A stretch of DNA of 64,000 bases, taken from assembly GCA_964599405.1 (NCBI GenBank), contig CAZRED010000001.1, forward strand, positions 11,528 to 75,527, written 5' to 3'. Both the position numbers and the translations under genes were made by a program. Below, one piece after another: positions 55,998 to 64,000 of the stretch (positions are counted from its first letter, which is position 1; each line of letters begins with the position of its first letter). The notes below the pieces were generated by a model, which saw only the letters and a list, made by a program, of their open reading frames with translations, ran no database searches and was not told where the DNA came from. The DNA comes from an uncultured Candidatus Saccharibacteria bacterium (GTDB lineage: Bacteria; Patescibacteriota; UBA1384; 2-12-FULL-50-11).

Positions 55998-57157
55998 CTT
56001 TTTGGTTTGTCACCGAAAACTCGGCGGAAGAGTAGCGCCAGATGCAGCTCGACAGCGTCGGAAAATTGACGGGGATCGCGGTTAATTTTTTCGGCAATTT
56101 TGTCGAGTCGGTAAATGACGGTGTTGCGATGAACTTTCAAATTTTCGGCTGTTTTAGTTAAGTTTAAGCTATCCTGCAGAAACATCTCTAGTGTTTCAGT
56201 GAGTTCGGCGTCTAAGTTGGCTAAAACTTTATCGGCATAGTCACGTTTTTGTTTAGGGTTACTAGAAACGAGCAGTGGCAACACGCCCAGCTCACCAATC
56301 CGGTAGACGTGGCTTTGGGAGTTGAGGTTTTTACCGATCTCCAATACTTGGAGCGCTTCTTTAGCAGAGCCAATTAGCTCGTCTGGGGAGTTGGCTGGTG
56401 AGCCAATGCCAATGGAAACATTAGTGATATAAACGTTTTTTAGCGAGTCGGTAATGTCGCGGTAATGGGTGGTAACTAGGTGACAGAAACGTTCGTAGTC
56501 GGTAGTGGAGAGGTCTTTCAGAACCAAGAAAGTATCGTTCCCAATATAGCCAACGACATTATCGGGATTTTTGGTGAAAAAGCTGCGCAACCCCAGTTCA
56601 ATGTCGCGTTTCTTGGAAGCAATCAGGCTGTCTTTCTCGCCCAAGGGCTCGCCGGCCGTGTGGAGATAATTATCCCAAAACCCGGTTAGCTCAAATACGA
56701 CAACCGTGCGCTGAACATCGAGACGGTATCCGAGAGCGGCCATCTGCTGCTCCAGCTCGTCTTCGTCAATGGATTCTGGACGGTAGGCCAGGCGGGTTAA
56801 GAGTAAGTCAACGGCGTCGGGTCGGGGCTTATTGGCCGAGATAAACTGCTGAACCACCAGTTGGGCCATGGAGATAATGATTTGAGTGGTTTGGATATCT
56901 TCGAGTGTTAGTTCAGTAACCACCACCCCGAAAAAGTTACCCTCCCAGTAGACTGGTAATCCCAGTAGGTGGTCGTGGCTATCAATCCGGACTGAGTCTT
57001 TAGCTTGACTAATCCCTTCCGAAAAATGGAAACTACTAATCTTCGAGAAGTCACTACAACCACCAATAATGTGGCCGTCTTTGTCGACAATGGCAAAGGT
57101 TTTGGCAAAAACCTGTTTTAGTTGACTATGTAGTTGTTTAGCAAGAATTGGTGACAT
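55994..57157 (-). CDS. PucR/CdaR-family transcriptional regulator
   Basis: C-terminal PucR-type HTH (HRNTVIYRLDKIAEKINRDPRQ). Confidence 0.65.
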   Translation of the reverse strand: MSPILAKQLHSQLKQVFAKTFAIVDKDGHIIGGCSDFSKISSFHFSEGISQAKDSVRIDSHDHLLGLPVYWEGNFFGVVVTELTLEDIQTTQIIISMAQLVVQQFISANKPRPDAVDLLLTRLAYRPESIDEDELEQQMAALGYRLDVQRTVVVFELTGFWDNYLHTAGEPLGEKDSLIASKKRDIELGLRSFFTKNPDNVVGYIGNDTFLVLKDLSTTDYERFCHLVTTHYRDITDSLKNVYITNVSIGIGSPANSPDELIGSAKEALQVLEIGKNLNSQSHVYRIGELGVLPLLVSSNPKQKRDYADKVLANLDAELTETLEMFLQDSLNLTKTAENLKVHRNTVIYRLDKIAEKINRDPRQFSDAVELHLALLFRRVFGDKPKS

Positions 57158-57264
57158 TATTTACTCCCCCACTTTTTAATGTTTATACAAAAATACAAAA
57201 AATAACAGCCCCTTGGCCGTATAAATACTGCCACTTCTTAATATTTTTTAGATAAATACACAAA

Positions 57265-59313
57265 CTACTCGATGATAACCGCTGGAACGATGGGGGTGAG
57301 CGGCAAATGGAAGTACTGCTCAATAATATTCTTTACCACTGGCGCAGCGACGGAGAACCCCTCTCCACCGCCTTCAATAATCACCGAAACCGCAATCTCC
57401 GGATTTTGATATGGTGCAAATGCCGTAAACCAAGAGTGTGTGCGATCCTTAGCCACGGTAAATTGAGCCGTTCCGGTCTTGGCGGCCACTTCGATTGGTA
57501 AATTCAGAAACGATCGGGCTGAGCCGTTTTCAACGGCTCGACGCATCCCTTCCCGAACAATCCGTAAAACATTAGGGTTGATGAAATTGTCCCGGATTAC
57601 CCGGTTAGCGATATCTTCCGTATTGGCTTGATCGGTGGCTAAGTACTTCTTTACAACTTTTGGCTCAAATAAGGTCCCTCCATTAGCAATGGCGGCCGTG
57701 GCAGCGGTCAGCTGCAAGGGTGTTACCAGTAAGTCCCCTTGGCCGATTGCCAAGTTGTAGGTATCACCAATGTACCAGCGCTCCTTCTTGGTCTGTTCTT
57801 TCCAATCTGGTGTTGGCACTAAGCCTTTAGCCTCTCCGGAGATATCAATCCGCAGACGTTCACCAAAACCGAACAAGCGCAGGTATTGCCCTAACCGAGT
57901 CGCCCCTAGACCAGCGATATTGCCGTGGCCGCCGCCCACTGTGTAGAAGAAAATATTATTACTTTCGGCGATCGCCTGACGAACATCCGACAAGCCATGT
58001 ACCCGCCAGTCCGGAAAAGTCCATGGACCAACGGTAATTTTTCCTTCGGAAGTGTCAATTTTCGTTTGCTCGGAGATTACCCCCTCCTGCAATGCAGCGG
58101 CGGCCACGACCGGCTTAATCGTCGAGCCGGAGGGGTACTGGCCGGACACTGCCCGATTTAATAGTGGTGACTGGGGATCGGCCAGAACTGCTTGGCGTAG
58201 TAGCGGATCGCTGTTGGGTGAAAAGACGTTGTTGTCAAAATATGGGGCACTAACCATGGCCAGCACGTCGCCAGTACGAACATCCAGCACCACCGCAGCG
58301 CCGCTCGTGGCTTTATTCTTAACGATTGAATCTAACAGCGCTGTCGCAGCCAGCTGCTGGAGTGGAGCATCAATAGTTAACAATAGCGATCGACCAACTT
58401 GCGCTGGTTGAACACCAATCGACCGGATGGCCCGACCTGCTGAGTCAACTTCTAGTGTCTCAACTCCCGGGATTCCCTGAAGAACCCAATCGTAATTCTT
58501 TTCTACGCCCGTTTTACCAATATAAGAAATCGGTAGTAGCTCCCGGCGCTGCTCAAGCTCTTCAACGGTAATTTTACCCACATAGCCGACAATATGGCTA
58601 AGGCTGGTGATTGTGGCGTAGTTACGCACTGGTGTAGTCGCCAACTCAATGCCAGATACCCCCTCCAACTGCAGCTCGCTAATTAAAGCTTCATCTCGGG
58701 TCAAACCATCTTTCAAGATTACGCTTTCTCGAGTCTTGTTTTGCTCAACGGTCTTTTGGAGTTCGTCCAGCGGTAGGCCCAATTCGTTACTAATTTTTTG
58801 AATGGCTTGTTGGCGCTCTTCACTTTGACGGGGTAGCTCGCTCGGTCGCAATACTAGCGAAAAACTCGGCACATTTTGCACTAGCGCTACCCCGTTACGG
58901 TCGTAAAGCAGACCCCGAGCCGACAGTACCGGGGTGGTTTTTAGGCGGTTACCTTCTGCCAGCAGAAAATTCTCTTGTCCTTGGGTAATCTGCAACAATA
59001 CCAACCGAAACGCTAGCACCCCAACGGTTAGCAGTACCGCTAACTTGAAAACGGTGAATCCCCGCTTTGGTTCGGCCACGTCTTCAAACGACGACTGGTT
59101 AATGTCGCTGCTCGGTGAGAGCTCTGGCTGAAATTCGTTACCGACCTGCCGGAGCGATCCCAGCGGGACGTAGGGATCAAAAATACCAGTATCACTGGAT
59201 CGTGGCCGACCGGCAGCAACGACAGCTTTAACTAAGCTAATAAACCAGAAGTAAAGTTGTTGGATGTAACCGAATAGTTTTTTTCCCATCACGACAGTTG
59301 CTGCCCCCGCCAC
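57265..59313 (-). CDS. mrdA: penicillin-binding protein 2 (class B transpeptidase)
   Basis: SGSTIKP (SxxK), SNN, KTGTAQ motifs; position after mreBCD. Confidence 0.9.
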   Translation of the reverse strand: MAGAATVVMGKKLFGYIQQLYFWFISLVKAVVAAGRPRSSDTGIFDPYVPLGSLRQVGNEFQPELSPSSDINQSSFEDVAEPKRGFTVFKLAVLLTVGVLAFRLVLLQITQGQENFLLAEGNRLKTTPVLSARGLLYDRNGVALVQNVPSFSLVLRPSELPRQSEERQQAIQKISNELGLPLDELQKTVEQNKTRESVILKDGLTRDEALISELQLEGVSGIELATTPVRNYATITSLSHIVGYVGKITVEELEQRRELLPISYIGKTGVEKNYDWVLQGIPGVETLEVDSAGRAIRSIGVQPAQVGRSLLLTIDAPLQQLAATALLDSIVKNKATSGAAVVLDVRTGDVLAMVSAPYFDNNVFSPNSDPLLRQAVLADPQSPLLNRAVSGQYPSGSTIKPVVAAAALQEGVISEQTKIDTSEGKITVGPWTFPDWRVHGLSDVRQAIAESNNIFFYTVGGGHGNIAGLGATRLGQYLRLFGFGERLRIDISGEAKGLVPTPDWKEQTKKERWYIGDTYNLAIGQGDLLVTPLQLTAATAAIANGGTLFEPKVVKKYLATDQANTEDIANRVIRDNFINPNVLRIVREGMRRAVENGSARSFLNLPIEVAAKTGTAQFTVAKDRTHSWFTAFAPYQNPEIAVSVIIEGGGEGFSVAAPVVKNIIEQYFHLPLTPIVPAVIIE

Positions 59314-59774
59314 CGCTGAAGAAACCGAAAACGGATGACTAGCAAGTAGTATAGTAGGGAACCAACAACGACATTCAATAGCACACTGACCAACACTTGG
59401 TAGGGATAGAAGGCTTGAATGATTATTCCAACGACTAAGTGGTAGAACAGTGTCCCTCCCGCTAGAGTCAGAATGGCTTGCCAGAGTGAGGAAACGGTCA
59501 GATAGCGTTCGCGCAACCAGTTAATCCCCAGGACCATTGCGCAAAACACGGCCGTCCAAATACCGAACGGCAAAAACGACACAAAATCTAGTGCCACTCC
59601 GGCAGTTAAGGCAAAAAGTAGCGCCAACTCCAGGTTGGTTAGCCAACAGTAGAGCCAAAGGACGATAACAATAATATCTAGCGAGTATTGGTGGTCGATA
59701 GCTAACCGACCGGAAAGGCCAAGCGTTAAGATGGCACTAGCCACGGCAATAAGGTAGAGAAAGAACCGGTTCAT
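59289..59774 (-). CDS. mreD: rod shape-determining protein MreD
   Basis: 161 aa polytopic membrane protein after mreC. Confidence 0.7.
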   Translation of the reverse strand: MNRFFLYLIAVASAILTLGLSGRLAIDHQYSLDIIVIVLWLYCWLTNLELALLFALTAGVALDFVSFLPFGIWTAVFCAMVLGINWLRERYLTVSSLWQAILTLAGGTLFYHLVVGIIIQAFYPYQVLVSVLLNVVVGSLLYYLLVIRFRFLQRWRGQQLS

Positions 59775-59849
59775 TTAGTGAACATTGTGAACGAAAGAGT
59801 TGGTGAATTCATTTCGTGAGCGTAGCGAACGAAAGAGATAGTAACTTAC

Positions 59850-60632
59850 TCATCTAACTATGAAGACTGTCCGGATATTGGCAACGTTGACCGGCGAGCT
59901 AATCCGTAGCGCGATAAAAATTTCCTCTTTTTGGGAGATTGTTTCCTCAACTTGGCCGATCGCTAAACCGGCCGGGTAAAGACCCTCAAGTGAAGAAGAA
60001 ACGACGATCTCACCGGAAGTAGTTACTGTATCAACTGGGATGTTATCAACCACTAGCCCGCGTATTCCGCCTTTGAGAATTCCTGTAACCTGGCTACCCG
60101 TCAGGGTGACTGGCGTCGCCAGATTACGATTGGTCAGCAGCCAAACCTCGGCAGTGGATTCAGCCACATTCTTAACCTTGCCAATCAGAAATCCGGACGA
60201 AACGACCGCCTGATTTTCTTTAATACCATCACGGCTACCTTTATCGATAGTTAGCGCTTGATAGGAACCAATCGGCGAGTAGTTGATAATCGAGGCCGGC
60301 AGTAGCGACAGCTCTGGATGGAGGTTGCTAAAATTGAGATCTTCCCGTAACTGTCGGTTTTCATTCTTGACGTTAGTTAACTCGGCAATTTCCGCTAGTT
60401 GGGTAATTGTTTGCTCGCGAAGTTGGGAGTTTTCTCTTGAGAGCTGGCGAATGGCACCAATAAGTGCCAATGTGTCGCTGAACTTTTGACCAATGCCGGC
60501 AACGATCATTACTGGCTTAGCAACCACCTGTCGGGCTAACTCGCGAGTTGGCGTAAAAAACGCAAATTGAGCCAAAATAAACAGGGTGATAAGGCCAACA
60601 ATTACCCAAAATCGCTGACGTCGACGCGACAT
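59850..60632 (-). CDS. mreC: rod shape-determining protein MreC
   Basis: N-terminal TM, coiled coil, beta-rich C-terminal domain. Confidence 0.85.
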   Translation of the reverse strand: MSRRRQRFWVIVGLITLFILAQFAFFTPTRELARQVVAKPVMIVAGIGQKFSDTLALIGAIRQLSRENSQLREQTITQLAEIAELTNVKNENRQLREDLNFSNLHPELSLLPASIINYSPIGSYQALTIDKGSRDGIKENQAVVSSGFLIGKVKNVAESTAEVWLLTNRNLATPVTLTGSQVTGILKGGIRGLVVDNIPVDTVTTSGEIVVSSSLEGLYPAGLAIGQVEETISQKEEIFIALRISSPVNVANIRTVFIVR

Positions 60633-61675
60633 TACTTTCGCAAGGCGCTACTTAGTAGGACACTTTCCAGAGTTTCTAAATCTTCCAGAACTACGCCGGT
60701 GCCCCGCGCCACAGCGGTCAGGGGGTCGTCACAAATATAAACTTTTGTTTGGGTGGCTTGGGAAATAAGTAAGTCTAAATCGCGCAACAACGCCCCACCG
60801 CCAGCTAAGACAATACCGCGCTCCATTATATCGGCCACCAACTCGGGTGGGGTTTCTTCAATTGTTGCCTTAACTGCTTCAATAATCGCCCCAACCGAGC
60901 GATTAATTGCTTGGCGGACTTGTTCGTCGTTAATAATCACTTCCCTCGGTAAGCCGGTAACTAAGTCGCGTCCGCGCATTGGTCGTTCTAACTTTTCTTT
61001 CTGGGGAAAGGCCGAGCCAATCTCCATTTTTATTCGCTCAGCCGTGCGCTCGCCCAACAGCATATTAAAGTTGTCGCGAGCAAAATCGATGATATCTTGG
61101 TTCATTTCATCGCCGGCAATTCGCAGCGACCGCGAAGCGACAATTCCCCCCATCGAGATAACTGCCACTTCAGTTGTCCCACCGCCGATGTCGATAATCA
61201 TGTTGCCGGTTGCTTCTTGGATTGGCAGTTTTGAACCAATCGCCGCAGCGACCGGCTCTTCAATAAGAAAGGCTTGGCGGGCACCGGCGTTAATAGTTGC
61301 TTCCTCGACCGCCCGACGCTCTACTTCGGTAACGCCGTATGGAATGGCTACGAGCACCCGGGGACGGGGCAATAAGGAAAAGCCTTCTTTGTGAACGCGG
61401 TCTATAAAGTGTCGGAGCATTTGCTCGGTTACCTCGAAATCACTCACCACGCCGTTCACTAACGGCCGAGTAGCGACGATATGCCCGGGGGTTTTGCCCA
61501 CCATAATTTGGGCGTCATGCCCGATGGCTAACACCTGCTTGGTTTTCTGGTTAATGGCCACCACTGACGGCTCGTTAATCACTACTCCCTTACCGCGAAC
61601 GTAAACTAAGGTATTAGCAGTCCCTAAATCAATTCCAATGTCATGCGAAAAGGCTCCAAATAGGCGATTAAGCAT
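60632..61675 (-). CDS. mreB: rod shape-determining actin homologue MreB
   Basis: [26 protein letters not shown] aligns with E. coli [26 protein letters not shown]; start set at that Met. Confidence 0.95.
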   Translation of the reverse strand: [347 protein letters not shown]

Positions 61676-61766
61676 CGCCACCACCAAATGTTTTTTCGCT
61701 AGAGCTAACAACGGCCAGAGCCGTTGTTACATCATGCGAAAAGGCTCCAAAAAGTCGATTTAACAT
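61668..61766 (-). CDS. 32-aa leader ORF duplicating the first 12 codons of mreB
   Basis: [32 protein letters not shown]; stop TAA overlaps mreB codons 2-3. Confidence 0.3.
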   Translation of the reverse strand: [32 protein letters not shown]

Positions 61767-61840
61767 TGTGTTTGAATATTAGGGTAAGGCTTCGAGAAAA
61801 TCAATCACAAAAGTGACGATTAGAGTATATCTCTAATCGA

Positions 61841-62572
61841 TTACTGGTTGTATACCATCACTGCCACCTCTCCTGAAAGAATATTATCTTGGTTCCAGTT
61901 ATGGATAGCGTTCATTAAATTATCCTCACGATAGTAAAAATCGGCACCACTACGGGTTCCCGGGTCATTTGTAATAAATCCTTCCGGGTCATAGCCCTTA
62001 ATTACTACCATATGGTAGAGCGGTCCGGGCGGGGTAAAATTCGGGTTAGCTAGTAGTCGGCCGGCTGCTGGAACAATTACCGGCGTCCCAGCGGCAATTA
62101 GTTGCTTAATTTGCTCAACTGTCGGGTCGCTGATAATTTCGGCGCCGCTAAACTGATAATAAGCGCTGGAGGCCTCGGACAGTTGTTGGAGCGTGATGCT
62201 GTATTTATAGCCACGCTCGGTTTGCCAGGCAACAAATTTTTGCAACTCCACTTCTAGCTGTTCTTTAGTGAGGCTCTGCTTCAAGTAGTAGTCGCGAATC
62301 ATTAAAATCACCGCTTCTTCGCAAGTTTCATTGTGAATAGCGTCCCAAATACCGTTTGGTGCTTGGACATAGAAGGGCACATCTAAAACAATCCGATCAG
62401 GTAGGGTAGCAATTGGTGCCGGCTCAGGCTTAACAACCGGTGGAGGAGTTACGGAAATCGTCGGCTCGGGCTCGGGAATGGCCTGGCTGTTTGCTAGCAC
62501 AAAAACGTAGCTAACTCCGGCACAGAGGCCGAGTGTCACAACCAATAAAAAAATAATGGCCGGATTTCGCAT
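61841..62572 (-). CDS. secreted C39-like (papain-fold) peptidase
   Basis: Signal peptide, Pro-rich linker, VPFYVQAPNGIWDAIHNETCEEAVILMIRDYY motif. Confidence 0.6.
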   Translation of the reverse strand: MRNPAIIFLLVVTLGLCAGVSYVFVLANSQAIPEPEPTISVTPPPVVKPEPAPIATLPDRIVLDVPFYVQAPNGIWDAIHNETCEEAVILMIRDYYLKQSLTKEQLEVELQKFVAWQTERGYKYSITLQQLSEASSAYYQFSGAEIISDPTVEQIKQLIAAGTPVIVPAAGRLLANPNFTPPGPLYHMVVIKGYDPEGFITNDPGTRSGADFYYREDNLMNAIHNWNQDNILSGEVAVMVYNQ

Positions 62573-62575
62573 CTA

Positions 62576-63907
62576 TTAGTAGACTACCACGCCGCTGTTA
62601 TTAAATTTTGACCAATCCGCTAAAAGTTTGGCGGTTGACCAAGTTAGGCGGCCGCTGATTGGGTCGTTAATAATAAACGAGGTTGGATTTGTAGGGGAGC
62701 CAGTATAACCAATAACCGTTCGAGCATGTTCACCCTTCCACGCGGCAATGTAGCGACCCGATGGTGTAGTCCAAGGGTCAAAGTAGGCGCCACCCAACAC
62801 TCCCCAAACAATCACTGGGTTACCCGCTTCAATTTCCCAAGCTAGTTGTGTTGCACTCCAGTTACTGAACGCTGTCGCGTTGCGCCAGGTTCGAGCGGCG
62901 CGGGCCACCGGGTCCCAGTGGACACCGTAACCAGTGGAGTTTTGGCTGCCATCAATATTGCCGACAAACGCTTGGTCGGGATCACCCCAAGTACCGCCAC
63001 TTTTAATTGTTGGATCGTAGCCAATTAGTGCCATAATGTCGCCCTCACTGACCGTAATCCCTCGGTAGGCCAACGCCATCTTCAAGGCAGCCGCCTCGCA
63101 GGAGAGTGGCCGGTCTTGGTAGTCAAGTTTGATGTTCAAGACCCGACGAATCTGTTCGCTCGTAAAGCGCAGGCTATAATCACCGCTCATCAGCCGGCCG
63201 TACTGCGGCTTGGCTCCGGCGGCAATACGGACTTGATAGCCAGTGTAGTACGCCAAAGGACTGCTCAGCGACAGTCTAAGAGTACTGCCCGACCAACTGG
63301 CCTGGTAGTCAATCGCCGGAGCTATCGACAGCGCTGCTAAAACACTCTCTTGAATAACCGGCTGGTCGAAGGTAATTTCGATTAAACTGTTAATTGAAAT
63401 ACCGCTGGCGGTGTTTTTCGGTGAAGAGCTAACGACGTGGAGTGCCCCGACGGTGGAAAATGAAAATACCTGGTCACTCTCCACGAAACTGCCGCTTTGA
63501 GCCCGAGCACCAGTCGCAATTGTTAGGGTATATTTCGTATCAATCGGCAGTAACTCGCTGATTTGGTAGGTCAGCGTTTGGTCGTCGGTCCATTGCCACT
63601 CGCCAACCGGCGCCGGATTGATTGCGGGCGTCACGGAAGCCCTCTCCATCGCCTCGCTAAAGACAACTTTTACCTGTTCAGTCGTCGGTAGTACGGAGCT
63701 GCCTTGAGGAATAACGCTGGAGACTAATACTGGGCTGACGGTGGTAAAATCGGTCTGGAAAACCGGCTCTTTCTCCAGGCGGTTTTGGATTTCTTCGGTC
63801 GCGGGGTTATAGTCGATTACTTGTCGCTCCACGGCCAGCGTGTAAGTTGAACCTTGAGGGAGCGGCTGGTCAAAGGTTAGTTGGTATTCGGCGCCATTCT
63901 GGAGCAC
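62576..63907 (-). CDS. secreted Ig-like-repeat protein with C-terminal C39-like peptidase domain (N-terminus may extend beyond window)
   Basis: Ig-like beta-rich repeats then DRPLSCEAAALKMALAYRG peptidase-like motif. Confidence 0.55.
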   Translation of the reverse strand: MLQNGAEYQLTFDQPLPQGSTYTLAVERQVIDYNPATEEIQNRLEKEPVFQTDFTTVSPVLVSSVIPQGSSVLPTTEQVKVVFSEAMERASVTPAINPAPVGEWQWTDDQTLTYQISELLPIDTKYTLTIATGARAQSGSFVESDQVFSFSTVGALHVVSSSPKNTASGISINSLIEITFDQPVIQESVLAALSIAPAIDYQASWSGSTLRLSLSSPLAYYTGYQVRIAAGAKPQYGRLMSGDYSLRFTSEQIRRVLNIKLDYQDRPLSCEAAALKMALAYRGITVSEGDIMALIGYDPTIKSGGTWGDPDQAFVGNIDGSQNSTGYGVHWDPVARAARTWRNATAFSNWSATQLAWEIEAGNPVIVWGVLGGAYFDPWTTPSGRYIAAWKGEHARTVIGYTGSPTNPTSFIINDPISGRLTWSTAKLLADWSKFNNSGVVVY

Positions 63908-64000
63908 GGTGTGCTCAACTGGGGGCGTGAAGAGAAAGAAAAACTCGGCAATTTCGCCGGGATCTTGGCTAAGCTTAACAGTGATTGGCTCGTCGGGACG

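Noticed and set aside
1-64000. CRISPR arrays and rRNA genes
   Set aside because: No regularly spaced direct repeats and no rRNA-like conserved stretches seen

Overview
This window reads as a gene-dense bacterial chromosomal segment at about 50% GC with many 1-4 nt overlaps between adjacent genes. Most of it is housekeeping.

Housekeeping genes I can recognise:
- Translation and tRNA: thrS, serS, typA, smpB, tsaB-like, ychF, a DEAD-box helicase and a pseudouridine synthase.
- Metabolism and secretion: glyA, folD, purE, secA and greA.
- Cell shape and division: mreBCD plus PBP2, and ftsEX.

There are eight tRNA genes (Asp, Lys, Arg-TCG, His, Arg-TCT, Val, Glu) and a tmRNA (ssrA) gene that the ORF track does not cover. 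The tmRNA is called from its similarity to the E. coli 5' and 3' tRNA-like ends and a tag frame encoding ANLFSAPTFAPAVA. No rRNA or CRISPR array is present.

Accessory content worth a second look:
- Exopolysaccharide module (23.4-28.2 kb): a secreted CE4 polysaccharide deacetylase carrying three tandem carbohydrate-binding repeats, a 39-aa membrane ORF, a processive GT2 synthase with the QxxRW motif, and a membrane-anchored GH26-like hydrolase. This resembles an Ica/Pga-type synthase, deacetylase and hydrolase set.
- Second processive GT2 (QRRRW): it lies next to a type IV pilin-like gene.
- HTH(XRE)-Hsp20 fusion: a helix-turn-helix domain fused to an alpha-crystallin domain, preceded by perfect operator-like palindromes.
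- Islet downstream of the tmRNA (30.6-33.7 kb): GIY-YIG, DUF1653, an AT-rich orphan gene and a PRTase.
- Signs of past integration or rearrangement at tRNAs: copies of tRNA fragments next to tRNA-Arg and tRNA-Glu.
- mreB leader ORF: a 32-aa leader ORF that re-encodes the first 12 residues of MreB.
- VKOR-DsbA-FolD: an operon with coupled, overlapping start and stop codons.
- FtsEX hydrolase: FtsEX paired with a coiled-coil C39-like hydrolase, a PcsB analogue.

Lineage cannot be assigned from sequence alone. The compact, envelope- and pilus-rich content with very little metabolism fits a small-genome Gram-positive-type organism, possibly Patescibacteria-like, but that is inference.
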